A stretch of 47,763 nt of DNA. Origin: Planctomycetaceae bacterium UBA4655. GTDB lineage: Bacteria; Planctomycetota; Planctomycetia; Pirellulales; UBA1268. The position numbers were made by a program, and so were the translations under genes. The first letter of the stretch is position 1, and every line of letters starts with the position of its first letter. The stretch spans positions 2,439-50,201 of the forward strand of contig DHLZ01000079.1 of assembly GCA_002405515.1 (NCBI GenBank). The letters run 5' to 3'. The notes beneath the pieces are model-generated. The model made no database searches. It was not told the DNA's origin and saw only the letters and a list, made by a program, of their open reading frames with translations. Shown one piece after another: positions 26,889 to 36,643 of the stretch.

Positions 26889-28244
26889 TCACGCAGCCTT
26901 GCTGGAGGGGAGTTCATGGACGTGCGCGGTTGGCAGCCGACCCACGGTGCGGTCCCAGGCGATGCCGTGGGCCTGCAACCGTTCGCGATACAGGTCGAGC
27001 AGGCCATTCCAGATGCGAGCGGACGGAAAGTCACGAAGAGCGCGTTCCTTGGCGGCCGTTCCGTGGCGCCGGCGCAGGGCCGGATCGGTCAGGTATCCGG
27101 TGATGGCGTTCGCCAGGGCGGCCACGTCGCCGAGCGGCACGATCGTTCCAGTGACGCCGTGCTGGATCGCGTCCACGACGCCGGTTGCCGAGAACCCGAC
27201 CGTGGGCAGCCCGGCACAGGCGGCTTCGAGTGGCACGTTGGGGAAGCCCTCGCGATGTGACGGAAACGCAAGGACGCTCATCACGTGATAGTAGGCTGAA
27301 GCATCCTTCACGAATCCCGTGATCACAACATCAGGATCGGACTTGAGCGCAGAGATCGTTTCGGCGTCGACGGGATCGCCGTCCTCGAAGTAACCGACGA
27401 CGAGCAGCTTGACTCCGGGATGCCCATGCCGAATGAGAGTGAACGCAGCGGCGAGTTCCCGGACTCCCTTGTCCCTGGTGAGTCGACCGACGAAACCGAC
27501 GACAGGCGCTCCCGGTGCGATACCGTACCGAGCCGCAATGTCGCGGACATCGGCCGAGTTCCTCCGGGCGATTATTCGTTCTGCATTTACGCCATTCGAC
27601 GAACCGCTGCCGATGACCAAGGCCTTGGCTTCGCGAACGAGCTTGCGCTCCAGGCACGTCGCCCGCAGGCTGGGGCTGACGAACAGGACCCGGTCCGCGC
27701 AAAAACCCGCCAGCCGTTCGGTCATCGTCAGTAGCCATAGCCGCCATCCGGAACAAGTCTCCAGACGCAGGCCGCGTTGCGTGTAGATGCGAACTGGGAC
27801 ACCGGCCAAGTACGCCGCGATCATTCCCAATAATCCTGCCTTCGGGGTTCCCGCGTTCACGATCTCCGGCTTCAGGCGACGGAACAGGCGCCACAGCCGA
27901 ACGAGTGAAACAAAATCCGCAATTGGTGACATTTCCCGGGACATCGGAACGGCGATCACAGTGATTTCGTCTCGTGCGGCCAATTGCCGGAGCTGCGGCC
28001 CAGGAGATGCCACTGCGATAACATCGATGCCGTTTTCGCGGAGAAAAGACAACTGTCCCGCCTGTAGCCAGAGCCCGCTCATTGCCGATGTGGTCAGGCT
28101 CACCAGTCGCACGCCTAGCCGCGGATTTGTCCTCGTCGATTCAACGACATCAACAAGACGCTTCGCCACGGCTTTGTCCGGATAACGCGAGAGGAAGACG
28201 GGCCGCGGAGGCTCGCGGAAATCCGGCTTTGACGCAAGGTCCAT
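26889..28244 (-). CDS. Glycosyltransferase family 4 (PglA/WbpH-like position next to the initiating transferase)
   Basis: RLVSLTTSAMSGLWLQAGQLSFLRENG, PKAGLLGMIAA and FPSHREGFPNVPLEAACAGLPTVG (E-x7-E). The true start may lie downstream of 28244. Confidence 0.8.
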   Translation of the reverse strand: MDLASKPDFREPPRPVFLSRYPDKAVAKRLVDVVESTRTNPRLGVRLVSLTTSAMSGLWLQAGQLSFLRENGIDVIAVASPGPQLRQLAARDEITVIAVPMSREMSPIADFVSLVRLWRLFRRLKPEIVNAGTPKAGLLGMIAAYLAGVPVRIYTQRGLRLETCSGWRLWLLTMTERLAGFCADRVLFVSPSLRATCLERKLVREAKALVIGSGSSNGVNAERIIARRNSADVRDIAARYGIAPGAPVVGFVGRLTRDKGVRELAAAFTLIRHGHPGVKLLVVGYFEDGDPVDAETISALKSDPDVVITGFVKDASAYYHVMSVLAFPSHREGFPNVPLEAACAGLPTVGFSATGVVDAIQHGVTGTIVPLGDVAALANAITGYLTDPALRRRHGTAAKERALRDFPSARIWNGLLDLYRERLQAHGIAWDRTVGRLPTAHVHELPSSKAA

Positions 28245-28408
28245 TCAGAGCCGCAGCTTCGGCCGCCTCCCCCATCCTGCGCACCCGCCCGTGCCCGCGC
28301 CGCTCCTCTACAAACCCGAATTTCCGCAACTTTTAGAGAACGTCTTTTCAGCCCCGGCTTGCAATTCGGTGAACGCTGTCAGCCGGCCTGCGTTCCGATA
28401 TTCCTCAG

Positions 28409-29491
28409 TCACGCGTAGTGAAGCAACGCATGGACGATGCGCTCCCCCGCCCTCCCGTCACCGTAAATTTCTGGCCGTTCGACGGTCGGCGCGGAAAATG
28501 TTTCCAGGGCATTTGCCAGGCGTCCCGACAACGGAGGAACCAGGATGTTCCAGCCGGAATCAACGAGTTCCACCCACTCCGTCTCTTGCCGCATTGTCAC
28601 GCACGGCACTCCATGAAAATACGCTTCCTTTTGGAGACCACCGCTGTCCGTCGCGATCAGCCAGGCGTGCTTCTCGAGCTTCACCATGTCGAGGTAGCCG
28701 AGCGGATCGGTCGCGATGACGGTATGCGGAAGCACGATGCCGAACTCATCAAGGCGTCGACGGGTGCGCGGGTGCACGGGCCAGACGATGGGCCGGCTCG
28801 AGGCCGCAAACGCATCGACGATCGCCGACAGCATTTCGCGGGAATCGGCGTTTTCCTGGCGGTGCACCGTCGCGAGGGTGTACGAGCCCGACTCGCAGCC
28901 GAGCCGCTGAAGGATCGTGCTCTGCCGCTCCGCCTGCTGGCCGAATTGAATTGCCGCGTCGTACATCACGTCACCGACGTTGACCACGGCCGGACCCTCG
29001 ATCCCCTCCCTCGCGAGATTTGCCGTTGCCTCAACGGTCGGCGTGAGCAACAGGTCGCTCGCGTGGTCGGTGAGAATCCGATTGATCTCCTCCGGCATGC
29101 GGCGGTTGCGGCTGCGAAGCCCGGCCTCCACATGGGCGATCCGCAGATGAATTTTCGAGGCAGCCAGCGCTGCCGCCACGGTCGAATCCGTGTCGCCATA
29201 TACGAGCACCCAATCCGGACGCTCTTCGAGGAGCACCCTCTCGATCGCCTCGATCATGCGGCCCGTGTTCTGGCCATGGGTTCCGCCGCCGATGCCGAAG
29301 TGGTGGGAAGGGGCCGGCAGGCCAAGCTCCTCGAAGAAGATGTCGCTCATGCTCGCGTCGAAATGCTGCCCCGTATGGACGATTTTTTCGGAGATGGCAC
29401 CCGCGACGCTCGGCGCGGCGATGGATCGTGACACGACGGCGGCCTTGACGAATTGCGGCCGGGCGCCGACGACCGTGATAAGATTGAGCAT
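28409..29491 (-). CDS. wecB: UDP-N-acetylglucosamine 2-epimerase (non-hydrolysing)
   Basis: MLNLITVVGARPQFVKAAVV, LVYGDTDST, AHVEAGLRS, DSGGLQKEA. Full-length at 360 aa. Confidence 0.92.
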   Translation of the reverse strand: MLNLITVVGARPQFVKAAVVSRSIAAPSVAGAISEKIVHTGQHFDASMSDIFFEELGLPAPSHHFGIGGGTHGQNTGRMIEAIERVLLEERPDWVLVYGDTDSTVAAALAASKIHLRIAHVEAGLRSRNRRMPEEINRILTDHASDLLLTPTVEATANLAREGIEGPAVVNVGDVMYDAAIQFGQQAERQSTILQRLGCESGSYTLATVHRQENADSREMLSAIVDAFAASSRPIVWPVHPRTRRRLDEFGIVLPHTVIATDPLGYLDMVKLEKHAWLIATDSGGLQKEAYFHGVPCVTMRQETEWVELVDSGWNILVPPLSGRLANALETFSAPTVERPEIYGDGRAGERIVHALLHYA

Positions 29492-29536
29492 CGTGACCCT
29501 TTTTCGACGTCTTCCGGATCGACCGTCCCCCCGGGA

Positions 29537-31492
29537 TCAGGCGGCCTTGGTGTCCCCTCGGGTGCCACGATCCTGACCGGGCTGCGGTGCCCTCGGCCCG
29601 ACCCGCCCGGCGATGGCACCAGCCAGTTCCGGCGTGTAGTCGGGAACGAGGCCGGCGAGCGCCTCACGCACGACGTGGGCGGGGGAGTTCACGATTCCAA
29701 CCAGGTGATCGACGACCTGCGGCACGTCGAGATCCGCCACCTCGGGCCTTGCCGCGACGATCTTTGGATGCGCGGTGGCCTCGAGCGACTCGACGTCCTC
29801 ATCGAACAGTTCCTCGTAGAGCTTCTCGCCGGGCCGGAGGCCGGAGAACTGGATCTCGATGTCACGGCCCTCGACCAGATTCGAGAGCCGGATCATGTCG
29901 CGGGCCAGGTCGGCGATTCGGACCGGCTCACCCATATCGAGGACGAACACCTCTCCCCCGCGTCCCATGAGCCCGGCCTGGAGCACGAGCCGCGACGCCT
30001 CTGGAATCGTCATGAAGAAACGCTCGATGTCGGGATGGGTGACGGTGATCGGTCCGCCGCGGAGGAGCTGCTCTCGAAAAAGCGGCACGACACTGCCGGC
30101 CGAGTCGAGCACGTTGCCAAATCGGACCGTGATGAACTTCGTGAGAGACTCTGGGGCGACCGCGCGGACGAGCATCTCGGCGAGCCGCTTGCAGGCCCCC
30201 ATGACGCTCGTGGGGTTCACCGCCTTGTCGGTCGAGATCATGACGAACGTCTCCACCTCGGCGGCGGCGGCGGCCCGCGCGAGCCCGGCGGTCGCGATCG
30301 CGATGTTCTTGACCGCCTCTCCCGGATGCGCCTCCATGAGCGGCACGTGCTTGTAGGCGGCGGCGTGGAAGACGATCGAGGGCCGCTGCTCGAGCAGGAT
30401 CGCCTGCATTCTCGTGGAGTCGGTGATGTCGCCGATGCACGGCAGGCACTCGATGCCGGAAAAGTCGCGATGCATCTCGCGTTCGAGCCAAAACAGCCCG
30501 TTTTCGTTCCGGTCCACGAGGACGATCCGGGCCGGGGCATGCCTCGCGACCTGACGGCAGATTTCTGCCCCGATGCTGCCGGCCGCACCGGTCACCAGCA
30601 CAGTCTCTCCCGAGAGCCACGCCCCGATGCCCTCGAGGTCGATCTCCACCGGCTCCCTCCTGAGGAGGTCGCCGATGTCGAGCGGCCTCGGCTGGACGTG
30701 CAGGCCGCCGCTCACGAGCGTCTCGATTCCCGGCACGATCCGCACGCGGCAACCTGAAGCGAAGCATCGCTGCTCGATCGAGCGGACCTGGCGGCCCACG
30801 AGCGTTCCCGAGACGAGCATCACCTCGTCCACTCGATGCAGGGCGACGAGACGCTCGAGATCGTCGGTCGTTCCCAGAACCGGCACGCCGACCGTGGCGC
30901 GGCCGACGAGTTGTGACTCGTCGGCCGGGGCAATGACGCCGATGATGCGGCTTTCGGACCTGGGAGAGCCGTTGACCGTCCGAACGATCGCCTCACTGGA
31001 GAGGCAGGTGCCGACGAGCAGGCAGCGGCTCGCACTGCTCTGCTGACGGCGGTGCAGGATGTCATGCACCTCGCAGGCAGCGGCCCGAATCCCGGCGAGG
31101 ATCGAGATGGAGACGAGCCAATCGATGACGGCAACGCTCCGCGGCACCCCGACACCGGCGAACTGACAGACGACGAACCCCGCCAGCGATCCCAACGTGA
31201 CCGCCCTGACGAGCCTCCAGAGGTCGTCGCGGCTGACGCCCCGTATGCTCCGACGATGGAAGTCGGCCAAAATGAGAAACGCCCACTGGATCGGCACCAC
31301 GATGCCCATCGCCCCGTGCAAGGTTTCCCATACGCGGCCGTCGAGTTCCCAGTCGAAACGCATCAGGTAGGCGATGACCATCCCGAGCGAGAGTGCGGCG
31401 AAGTTCACGCCAGCCCGGGCGACGTCGTTCTTCGACCATCCTTGGAACGCCTTGAATGCCCTCGAACGGCGAATCAACTGTTGAATGCCCAT
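29537..31492 (-). CDS. Membrane-anchored UDP-GlcNAc 4,6-dehydratase family protein (PglF/CapD/WbpM-like)
   Basis: N-terminal TM segments, then VLVTGAAGSIGAEICRQV, VFHAAAYKHVPLME, STDKAVNPTSVMGACKR, RFGNVLDSAGSV. ATG at 31492; the ORF track start at 31576 is a TTG. Confidence 0.88.
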   Translation of the reverse strand: MGIQQLIRRSRAFKAFQGWSKNDVARAGVNFAALSLGMVIAYLMRFDWELDGRVWETLHGAMGIVVPIQWAFLILADFHRRSIRGVSRDDLWRLVRAVTLGSLAGFVVCQFAGVGVPRSVAVIDWLVSISILAGIRAAACEVHDILHRRQQSSASRCLLVGTCLSSEAIVRTVNGSPRSESRIIGVIAPADESQLVGRATVGVPVLGTTDDLERLVALHRVDEVMLVSGTLVGRQVRSIEQRCFASGCRVRIVPGIETLVSGGLHVQPRPLDIGDLLRREPVEIDLEGIGAWLSGETVLVTGAAGSIGAEICRQVARHAPARIVLVDRNENGLFWLEREMHRDFSGIECLPCIGDITDSTRMQAILLEQRPSIVFHAAAYKHVPLMEAHPGEAVKNIAIATAGLARAAAAAEVETFVMISTDKAVNPTSVMGACKRLAEMLVRAVAPESLTKFITVRFGNVLDSAGSVVPLFREQLLRGGPITVTHPDIERFFMTIPEASRLVLQAGLMGRGGEVFVLDMGEPVRIADLARDMIRLSNLVEGRDIEIQFSGLRPGEKLYEELFDEDVESLEATAHPKIVAARPEVADLDVPQVVDHLVGIVNSPAHVVREALAGLVPDYTPELAGAIAGRVGPRAPQPGQDRGTRGDTKAA

Positions 31493-31584
31493 GGCCGATT
31501 TCCGGGAAGAGGAATGAACCCTTGCCCGCACTATCGGCACAACCGATCCATCTTCTCCAGGAATTGCTTTCGGCAACTTCCGCG

Positions 31585-34254
31585 TTACCGTCGCGTTTTT
31601 TCAGGCTTTGCCGCAGCCGACTGGGATCCTTCGCCACGACTTCGGGCCTCCACTCTGCCCAGCTTCCCCCGAAGATCGTTCCTGTCGGGCCTCCGCAGCA
31701 GACACCATTCGAGTTCTTTGGCGGCGGTGGCCCAGTCTTCGACGACGATCGCCGCATCGGCCGTAGCTCGATGAGCCTCGAACGATGATGGGTCGGCACG
31801 GATCGCCTCCTGGACCGTCGCGAGCGCCTCGGCCGGGCGGCCAAGGCGTTGCTCGATCGCGGCGGCCTCCAAGAGCAGTCGGCTCCTCGTCGCCGGCTCA
31901 GCCCGCTCGGCGGCACTCGCACGAAGCCGCTCGAGCCGACGTTCTCGCACCTCGGCCAAGGCCTCGGCCTTTTCGCGACGGCTCCAGGCCGCATCGATCG
32001 CCCGCAGGCCGTCGAGGTCGGGGGCGAGCAGGTCGCACGCCTCCGCCGAAGAAAGTCGCGGCAGGAGGATTGCGATGATCCTCGTCCGCTGACGCGAGTC
32101 CGCCGCGAAACTTCTTCGCCAGAACTCCGCAGCCCGGTCCATGTCGCCGTCGAGGGCCGCTTGGTTGGCCACCTCGAACAGCACGAGCGAGTCGGATGGC
32201 CGCACGAGCAGGCCCTGCGCGACCAGGTCTGAGGCCGCTTCGGGCCGACCGGCGAGGAAGGCCAGTTGCGCGAGCACGCACCAGGCCTCGCCGGCGAGCG
32301 GGGAGACGCGAACGGCCCTCGAGGCATCGCCGAGCGCGAGTTCGAGGTCGTCCGCATCGGGGGCGGCGGCACGCCGGACCCAGTCGACCAGTTCACCGTG
32401 CGACGCGAACCCCCCCTTGCCGGCGGCGAGCCTGATGTCCATGAGTCCGATTGATTTGCCATCAGCCAGTCGGCTTCTTCCGAATCGCTCCATGCGCGCG
32501 AGGGCCAGAGCTGAGGAGGCCCGCGGGTGATCGGGCCGCAGCGACACGCACCGCTCGAGCGCCGTGATTCGAGCGTCGAGCTTGTCGAGCAGCCGTTCCT
32601 GTCCGTCATTGCCCTCCGATCCGGCTTGCTCGGCAGGCCTTGATGCCGCCATCTCGATCTCCCGGGCGAGCTTCACCGACGCCTCCCAGAAGGGTTCCGC
32701 GCGGGCGGCCGCGATCTGCCGCACGGCACTGCCGCACAAAAGCACCATGATTCCCACGCCACCGACGACTGCCGCGTGTCGGCCGAGTCGCAGATCGATC
32801 GTGGGCAGCCAAGCGACACGCCGCGACGCCAGAGCGATGCCGCAGCCGCCGAGCGTCACGAGCAGCGTCGAGCAGGCAGGCACGTACCATGCGAAGTCCA
32901 CGAGCGCATGCACCACGCCGGCCGCAAGCCCCGACGCGATCGCCACGCCGACATGCCGTTCCCGCTCATTGCCGAGAGCGACCAAGAACCATGCGGCGGC
33001 GGTTGCCGCCATGATCGCAATCACGACGACGGCGAGACCGACGAAGCCGGTCTCGACACCGACATTCAAAAAGCCGTTCTCGGCATGCGTGAAGACGATT
33101 TCCCCGGTGGGTGGCATCGCAAGCGGCGAGACGTCCGCATGCGTTCCAGCTCCGGTGCCAAGCCAGGAAAACTCCGCGATCAGGCGGCACGCTGCCCGCC
33201 AGATGGCGAGCCTTTTGAAGTCGACGGACGTCGGTCCACCGGACTCGAACCCGAGCCCCATGACCTCAAAACGACCCATCAACCGATCCCATCCATGGAT
33301 TCCCAGCGCGGCCGAGACGAGGGCCGCAGCGGCAATCAAGCCGACGGCGGAGGAGACCCGCCACACGGTCGATCGTGCGAGGCAGCACAGGGCGACCACG
33401 ATCGCGAAACCGCATGCGAGCGACCCTCCCCGCGAGAGCGACGACGCCGCCGCAAAGGCCACCACGGCCAGCATCAACCAGCCCGCGAGGCGTTCCCGTT
33501 CGTAGAGCCCTTTTTGGAGCCCGGATGGTGAGGCCATCGCCCGAACGAGCACCGCCCCACAGCCGATCGCGAGGAACCCCGCGAAGTGATTGCGGTTCGT
33601 GAATGTGCCCTTCACGGCTCCACCGGCATCGTTGTGGGCAAACTCATAGATCCAGAGGTATCTGCCGTTGCCGGAGAGGTACTGCACGATTCCAAGCGTT
33701 GCGAGGATGCCCATCGCCCACGTGATCGCCCTGAGGATCCGTTCCACGTCCTCCACGGAGCGGATTTTCTGCACGACGACCGCGGTGAAAACGCCCTGAG
33801 CGAGCAGGATTCCCAGGCACGCGAGCGTTTCGCCCGGCACGAGCGAGAGGCAGTCCCAGCGTCCGAAGCTCCGAGCGCCGCCATCGAGGCAGGGCAGCAG
33901 GGAAACCACTCCCTGTGAGATCGCCTCGATCCACGGCCGTGGCAATGGAAGCACCTGGAGAAACCCGATCGCGATGCCGAGGATCGCCAACGCATCGAGC
34001 AGGCCGAATCGCCAGGTGCCGTCGCGCCGCCAGGCGGCGATCGTCCAGGACGCCATGGCTGCCAGGGCGGCCCCCGTGAGGATGGCCTGTCCGAGAGGGT
34101 GCCGACCACCCATGGCGAGCGGCATCGCCACGATTGCGAGCACCACCGCAAGATCGAGGCATCCTCGCTCGACTCGGTCCAGGGGATCGGCCACGACCGC
34201 TTGCGGCGGGTTCCCGCGATGCGACTGAGCGGACCTGCCCCTGGGCGACGCCAT
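31585..34254 (-). CDS. Wzy_C-domain membrane protein (O-antigen ligase / O-oligosaccharyltransferase family) with about 400-aa C-terminal TPR-like helical repeat domain
   Basis: GTFTNRNHFAGFLAIG, SLSRGGSLA and THAENGFLNVGVETGFVG within roughly 12 TM helices. The C-terminal half is made of Ala/Leu/Arg-rich paired-helix repeats, e.g. AEALATVQEAIRADPSSFEAHRATADAAIVVEDWATAAKELEWCLLRRPD. The start overlaps the Wzc stop (GTGA/TGATG at 34252-34257). Confidence 0.8.
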   Translation of the reverse strand: MASPRGRSAQSHRGNPPQAVVADPLDRVERGCLDLAVVLAIVAMPLAMGGRHPLGQAILTGAALAAMASWTIAAWRRDGTWRFGLLDALAILGIAIGFLQVLPLPRPWIEAISQGVVSLLPCLDGGARSFGRWDCLSLVPGETLACLGILLAQGVFTAVVVQKIRSVEDVERILRAITWAMGILATLGIVQYLSGNGRYLWIYEFAHNDAGGAVKGTFTNRNHFAGFLAIGCGAVLVRAMASPSGLQKGLYERERLAGWLMLAVVAFAAASSLSRGGSLACGFAIVVALCCLARSTVWRVSSAVGLIAAAALVSAALGIHGWDRLMGRFEVMGLGFESGGPTSVDFKRLAIWRAACRLIAEFSWLGTGAGTHADVSPLAMPPTGEIVFTHAENGFLNVGVETGFVGLAVVVIAIMAATAAAWFLVALGNERERHVGVAIASGLAAGVVHALVDFAWYVPACSTLLVTLGGCGIALASRRVAWLPTIDLRLGRHAAVVGGVGIMVLLCGSAVRQIAAARAEPFWEASVKLAREIEMAASRPAEQAGSEGNDGQERLLDKLDARITALERCVSLRPDHPRASSALALARMERFGRSRLADGKSIGLMDIRLAAGKGGFASHGELVDWVRRAAAPDADDLELALGDASRAVRVSPLAGEAWCVLAQLAFLAGRPEAASDLVAQGLLVRPSDSLVLFEVANQAALDGDMDRAAEFWRRSFAADSRQRTRIIAILLPRLSSAEACDLLAPDLDGLRAIDAAWSRREKAEALAEVRERRLERLRASAAERAEPATRSRLLLEAAAIEQRLGRPAEALATVQEAIRADPSSFEAHRATADAAIVVEDWATAAKELEWCLLRRPDRNDLRGKLGRVEARSRGEGSQSAAAKPEKTRR

Positions 34255-36617
34255 CACGCGGCCCTCGCACGCGGAGGCTCTCCGCCTGGCGGGCGACCAC
34301 GGGAATGATCCATCTGGACGGCGACGTCGGCATCGCCCTTATCCACATCGGTCGCGGACTCTTCTTCGCCATATGGCTTGCCGTAGCCGTAGCCGTAGCC
34401 GTAGCCGTAGCCGCCGTAGCCATAGCCATAGCCATAGCCGTGCTCCTCGAAGCCAACCGCGTTGATGACGGCTCCCGCCAGCGTGGTGCCGAGGGCCCGC
34501 AGCGTCTCGACGGTCTTGCGGATGGAGTTGCGTCGGTTTTTCTCAGGACGGATGACCATCACCGTGGTGTCGCTCGCCCTCCCAATCGCCGCCGCATCGG
34601 TTCCCGCGAGTACCGGGGGCGAATCGATGATGATCTGGTCGTAGACGGTCTCGGCCCAACCCAGCAGATCCGCAAAGCGGTTGCCAAGCAGAAGCTCGGC
34701 TGGATTCGCCGGTCGCCTGCCGGACGGAATGATGTCGATCGGCACGGCTCCGGACCGGCAGATCACGGCCGCGGCGACGTCTGCGACCGGATCCGAGCCC
34801 GAGAGGATCTCGGCGAGACCACGATGCGACCGCTCGCCGATCAGGTTCGTCAGGCCGGGCTTTCGCAGGTCGCCATCAATGAGCAGCACACGCCTGCCCG
34901 CCTGGTGGTAGGAGATCGCAAGATTGACACTCACGGTCGTCTTGCCGTCGCCCGGCTCCGAACTCGTCACGCTGACTCGCCGCACGTCGCCGCCTCCCAT
35001 GACGATCACGGTCCGCAGCGTGCGAAAACCCTCGCTCGCGGCGTCGGAGGATTCCTTCCACACGTGCGCCTTCTCGAGGCCGGCGGAACCATCGTCACCG
35101 GCTTCTTCGTCATCGTCGGCCATCCCGGGGATCGTCGCGAGCGTCCGCAGCCCGAACCTGCTTTCGAGGTCGGCGGGCGACCGCACGCGATCGTCGAGAC
35201 TGTCGAGAATCAGGACTAAGCCCACACCGACGGCCAGACCTGCCGCCGAGAAAAACAGGATCGTCAGGTTGGGCTTCGGCGAGACGGGGCTTGTCGGCAC
35301 GACCGCCTCCCGCACGACCGTTGTCTTCACCCCGCCGTGCTCCTGCCTGAGATCGACACTCGCGATCTGGCCGAGAATCGTGTTGCGGAGTTCCCGCAGC
35401 CATCGCAGGTCGTGCTCGACGATGTCGAGTTTCGCGGTTTCGCTCGCAAACCCGATCGACTCCTTCTTCGCCTGCTCGTAACTGTCCCGGAGCCCTGCCT
35501 CATGGCGGCTCGTCGCCTCGAGCTTCTGCCGCAGGATCTGCTCCACCGCCCGGGCAACCGTGGCATCATCTTGGCCGAGCGACGGCCCGTTTCCGACACC
35601 GTCCAACTGCTTGAGATACGCCTCGACCTGGCCGATCTTCTTGCGACGCTCGACGACTCGCGGGTGATTGTCGCCGTAATACTCGAGCATCGTCTCGAGC
35701 TGCGCCCGGTCCTCGATAAGCTGCTTCTCGAGCGAGACACGGGTCTCCTTGTTTCGGCCGCCGAGCCCCATCGATTCGAGGAACGCATCCTTGCCGAGCG
35801 TCTCCTCGATCGCCATCAGGCTCTTGCGGAGATCGTCTCCCCGCTGCATCGACTCGACGAGGGCGTGGTGCGTGGCCTGGAGCGCGAGCCGCTTTTTCTG
35901 TGTCTCGACGAGCGCTGCATTCAGCTGGATCGCCCGCTCCACGACCGGATGGGCCCGCTTGTCGTCACTCTTGATACCGAGGTCGCCGACCCGCTCGCGG
36001 ATCGCGAGGTATTCCCGCTGCTTGCCCTCGATCCTTTCGTCGACCGACGCCTTCTCCTTGTTGAGCGTTTCAACGAGAGTGCCGGCCTTTCCCTTGTGCG
36101 ACTCCTCCATGAACCGGGCGTAGGCCTGAACGACCGACTGCAGCACCGCGGCGGTCAACTCGGGCTGCGGCGAGCGGAACCGCAGGTCGATCAGGTTCGT
36201 CTGCTTCACACCACGGATCTTCAGCGACTTCGAGATTCGCGTAGCGAGCCGTTCCGGATCCCGCGAGCCCATCATGGCTTGCAGCGACGGGTCGAGGAGC
36301 GATGCAGCCGATTGGAGAACGAGCGGGCTTGCGATCAGGGTTTCGTAGGTCGTCATCGCTTTCAGTTCTTCGCCCCTCGCGGCCAGCGACGTGCTGAGCG
36401 ACTCGCGGTGCGAATCGACGACGAGGATCTCCGTCTCGGCCTCGAAGATCCGCTCGGCCGTTGCGAAATAAAGACCTCCAAGACCGAGGCTGGCGGCGAA
36501 GCACGACACCACCACGAAGCGTCGCCGCCAGAGCAACCCCAAGAGCCGCATCGCTCGTTGGACCATCGCCTCCGCGGAATCTTCGGCCACGAGTTGGCTC
36601 TCGATCATGGACTGCAT
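34254..36617 (-). CDS. wzc: Polysaccharide co-polymerase / BY-kinase (Wzc/GumC-EpsB type tyrosine autokinase)
   Basis: N-terminal Wzz/GumC domain with two TM segments and a long coiled-coil region. Walker A is SSEPGDGKTTVSVNLA, Walker A' is VLLIDGDLRKP and Walker B is YDQIIIDSPPV. The C-terminal tyrosine cluster is HGYGYGYGYGGYGYGYGYGYGKPYG. Confidence 0.92.
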   Translation of the reverse strand: MQSMIESQLVAEDSAEAMVQRAMRLLGLLWRRRFVVVSCFAASLGLGGLYFATAERIFEAETEILVVDSHRESLSTSLAARGEELKAMTTYETLIASPLVLQSAASLLDPSLQAMMGSRDPERLATRISKSLKIRGVKQTNLIDLRFRSPQPELTAAVLQSVVQAYARFMEESHKGKAGTLVETLNKEKASVDERIEGKQREYLAIRERVGDLGIKSDDKRAHPVVERAIQLNAALVETQKKRLALQATHHALVESMQRGDDLRKSLMAIEETLGKDAFLESMGLGGRNKETRVSLEKQLIEDRAQLETMLEYYGDNHPRVVERRKKIGQVEAYLKQLDGVGNGPSLGQDDATVARAVEQILRQKLEATSRHEAGLRDSYEQAKKESIGFASETAKLDIVEHDLRWLRELRNTILGQIASVDLRQEHGGVKTTVVREAVVPTSPVSPKPNLTILFFSAAGLAVGVGLVLILDSLDDRVRSPADLESRFGLRTLATIPGMADDDEEAGDDGSAGLEKAHVWKESSDAASEGFRTLRTVIVMGGGDVRRVSVTSSEPGDGKTTVSVNLAISYHQAGRRVLLIDGDLRKPGLTNLIGERSHRGLAEILSGSDPVADVAAAVICRSGAVPIDIIPSGRRPANPAELLLGNRFADLLGWAETVYDQIIIDSPPVLAGTDAAAIGRASDTTVMVIRPEKNRRNSIRKTVETLRALGTTLAGAVINAVGFEEHGYGYGYGYGGYGYGYGYGYGKPYGEEESATDVDKGDADVAVQMDHSRGRPPGGEPPRARAA
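34380..34439 (-). repeat. Hexanucleotide tandem repeat (GGCTAC/GGCTAT)n encoding the (Gly-Tyr)n tyrosine cluster of Wzc
   Basis: The plus strand reads GCCGTA x5, then GCC, then GCCGTA, then GCCATA x3 (34380-34436). This gives 9 Gly-Tyr dipeptides interrupted by one extra Gly. Confidence 0.9.
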
Positions 36618-36643
36618 ATGTGGCTCGGAGTTCCCCGGAGATG

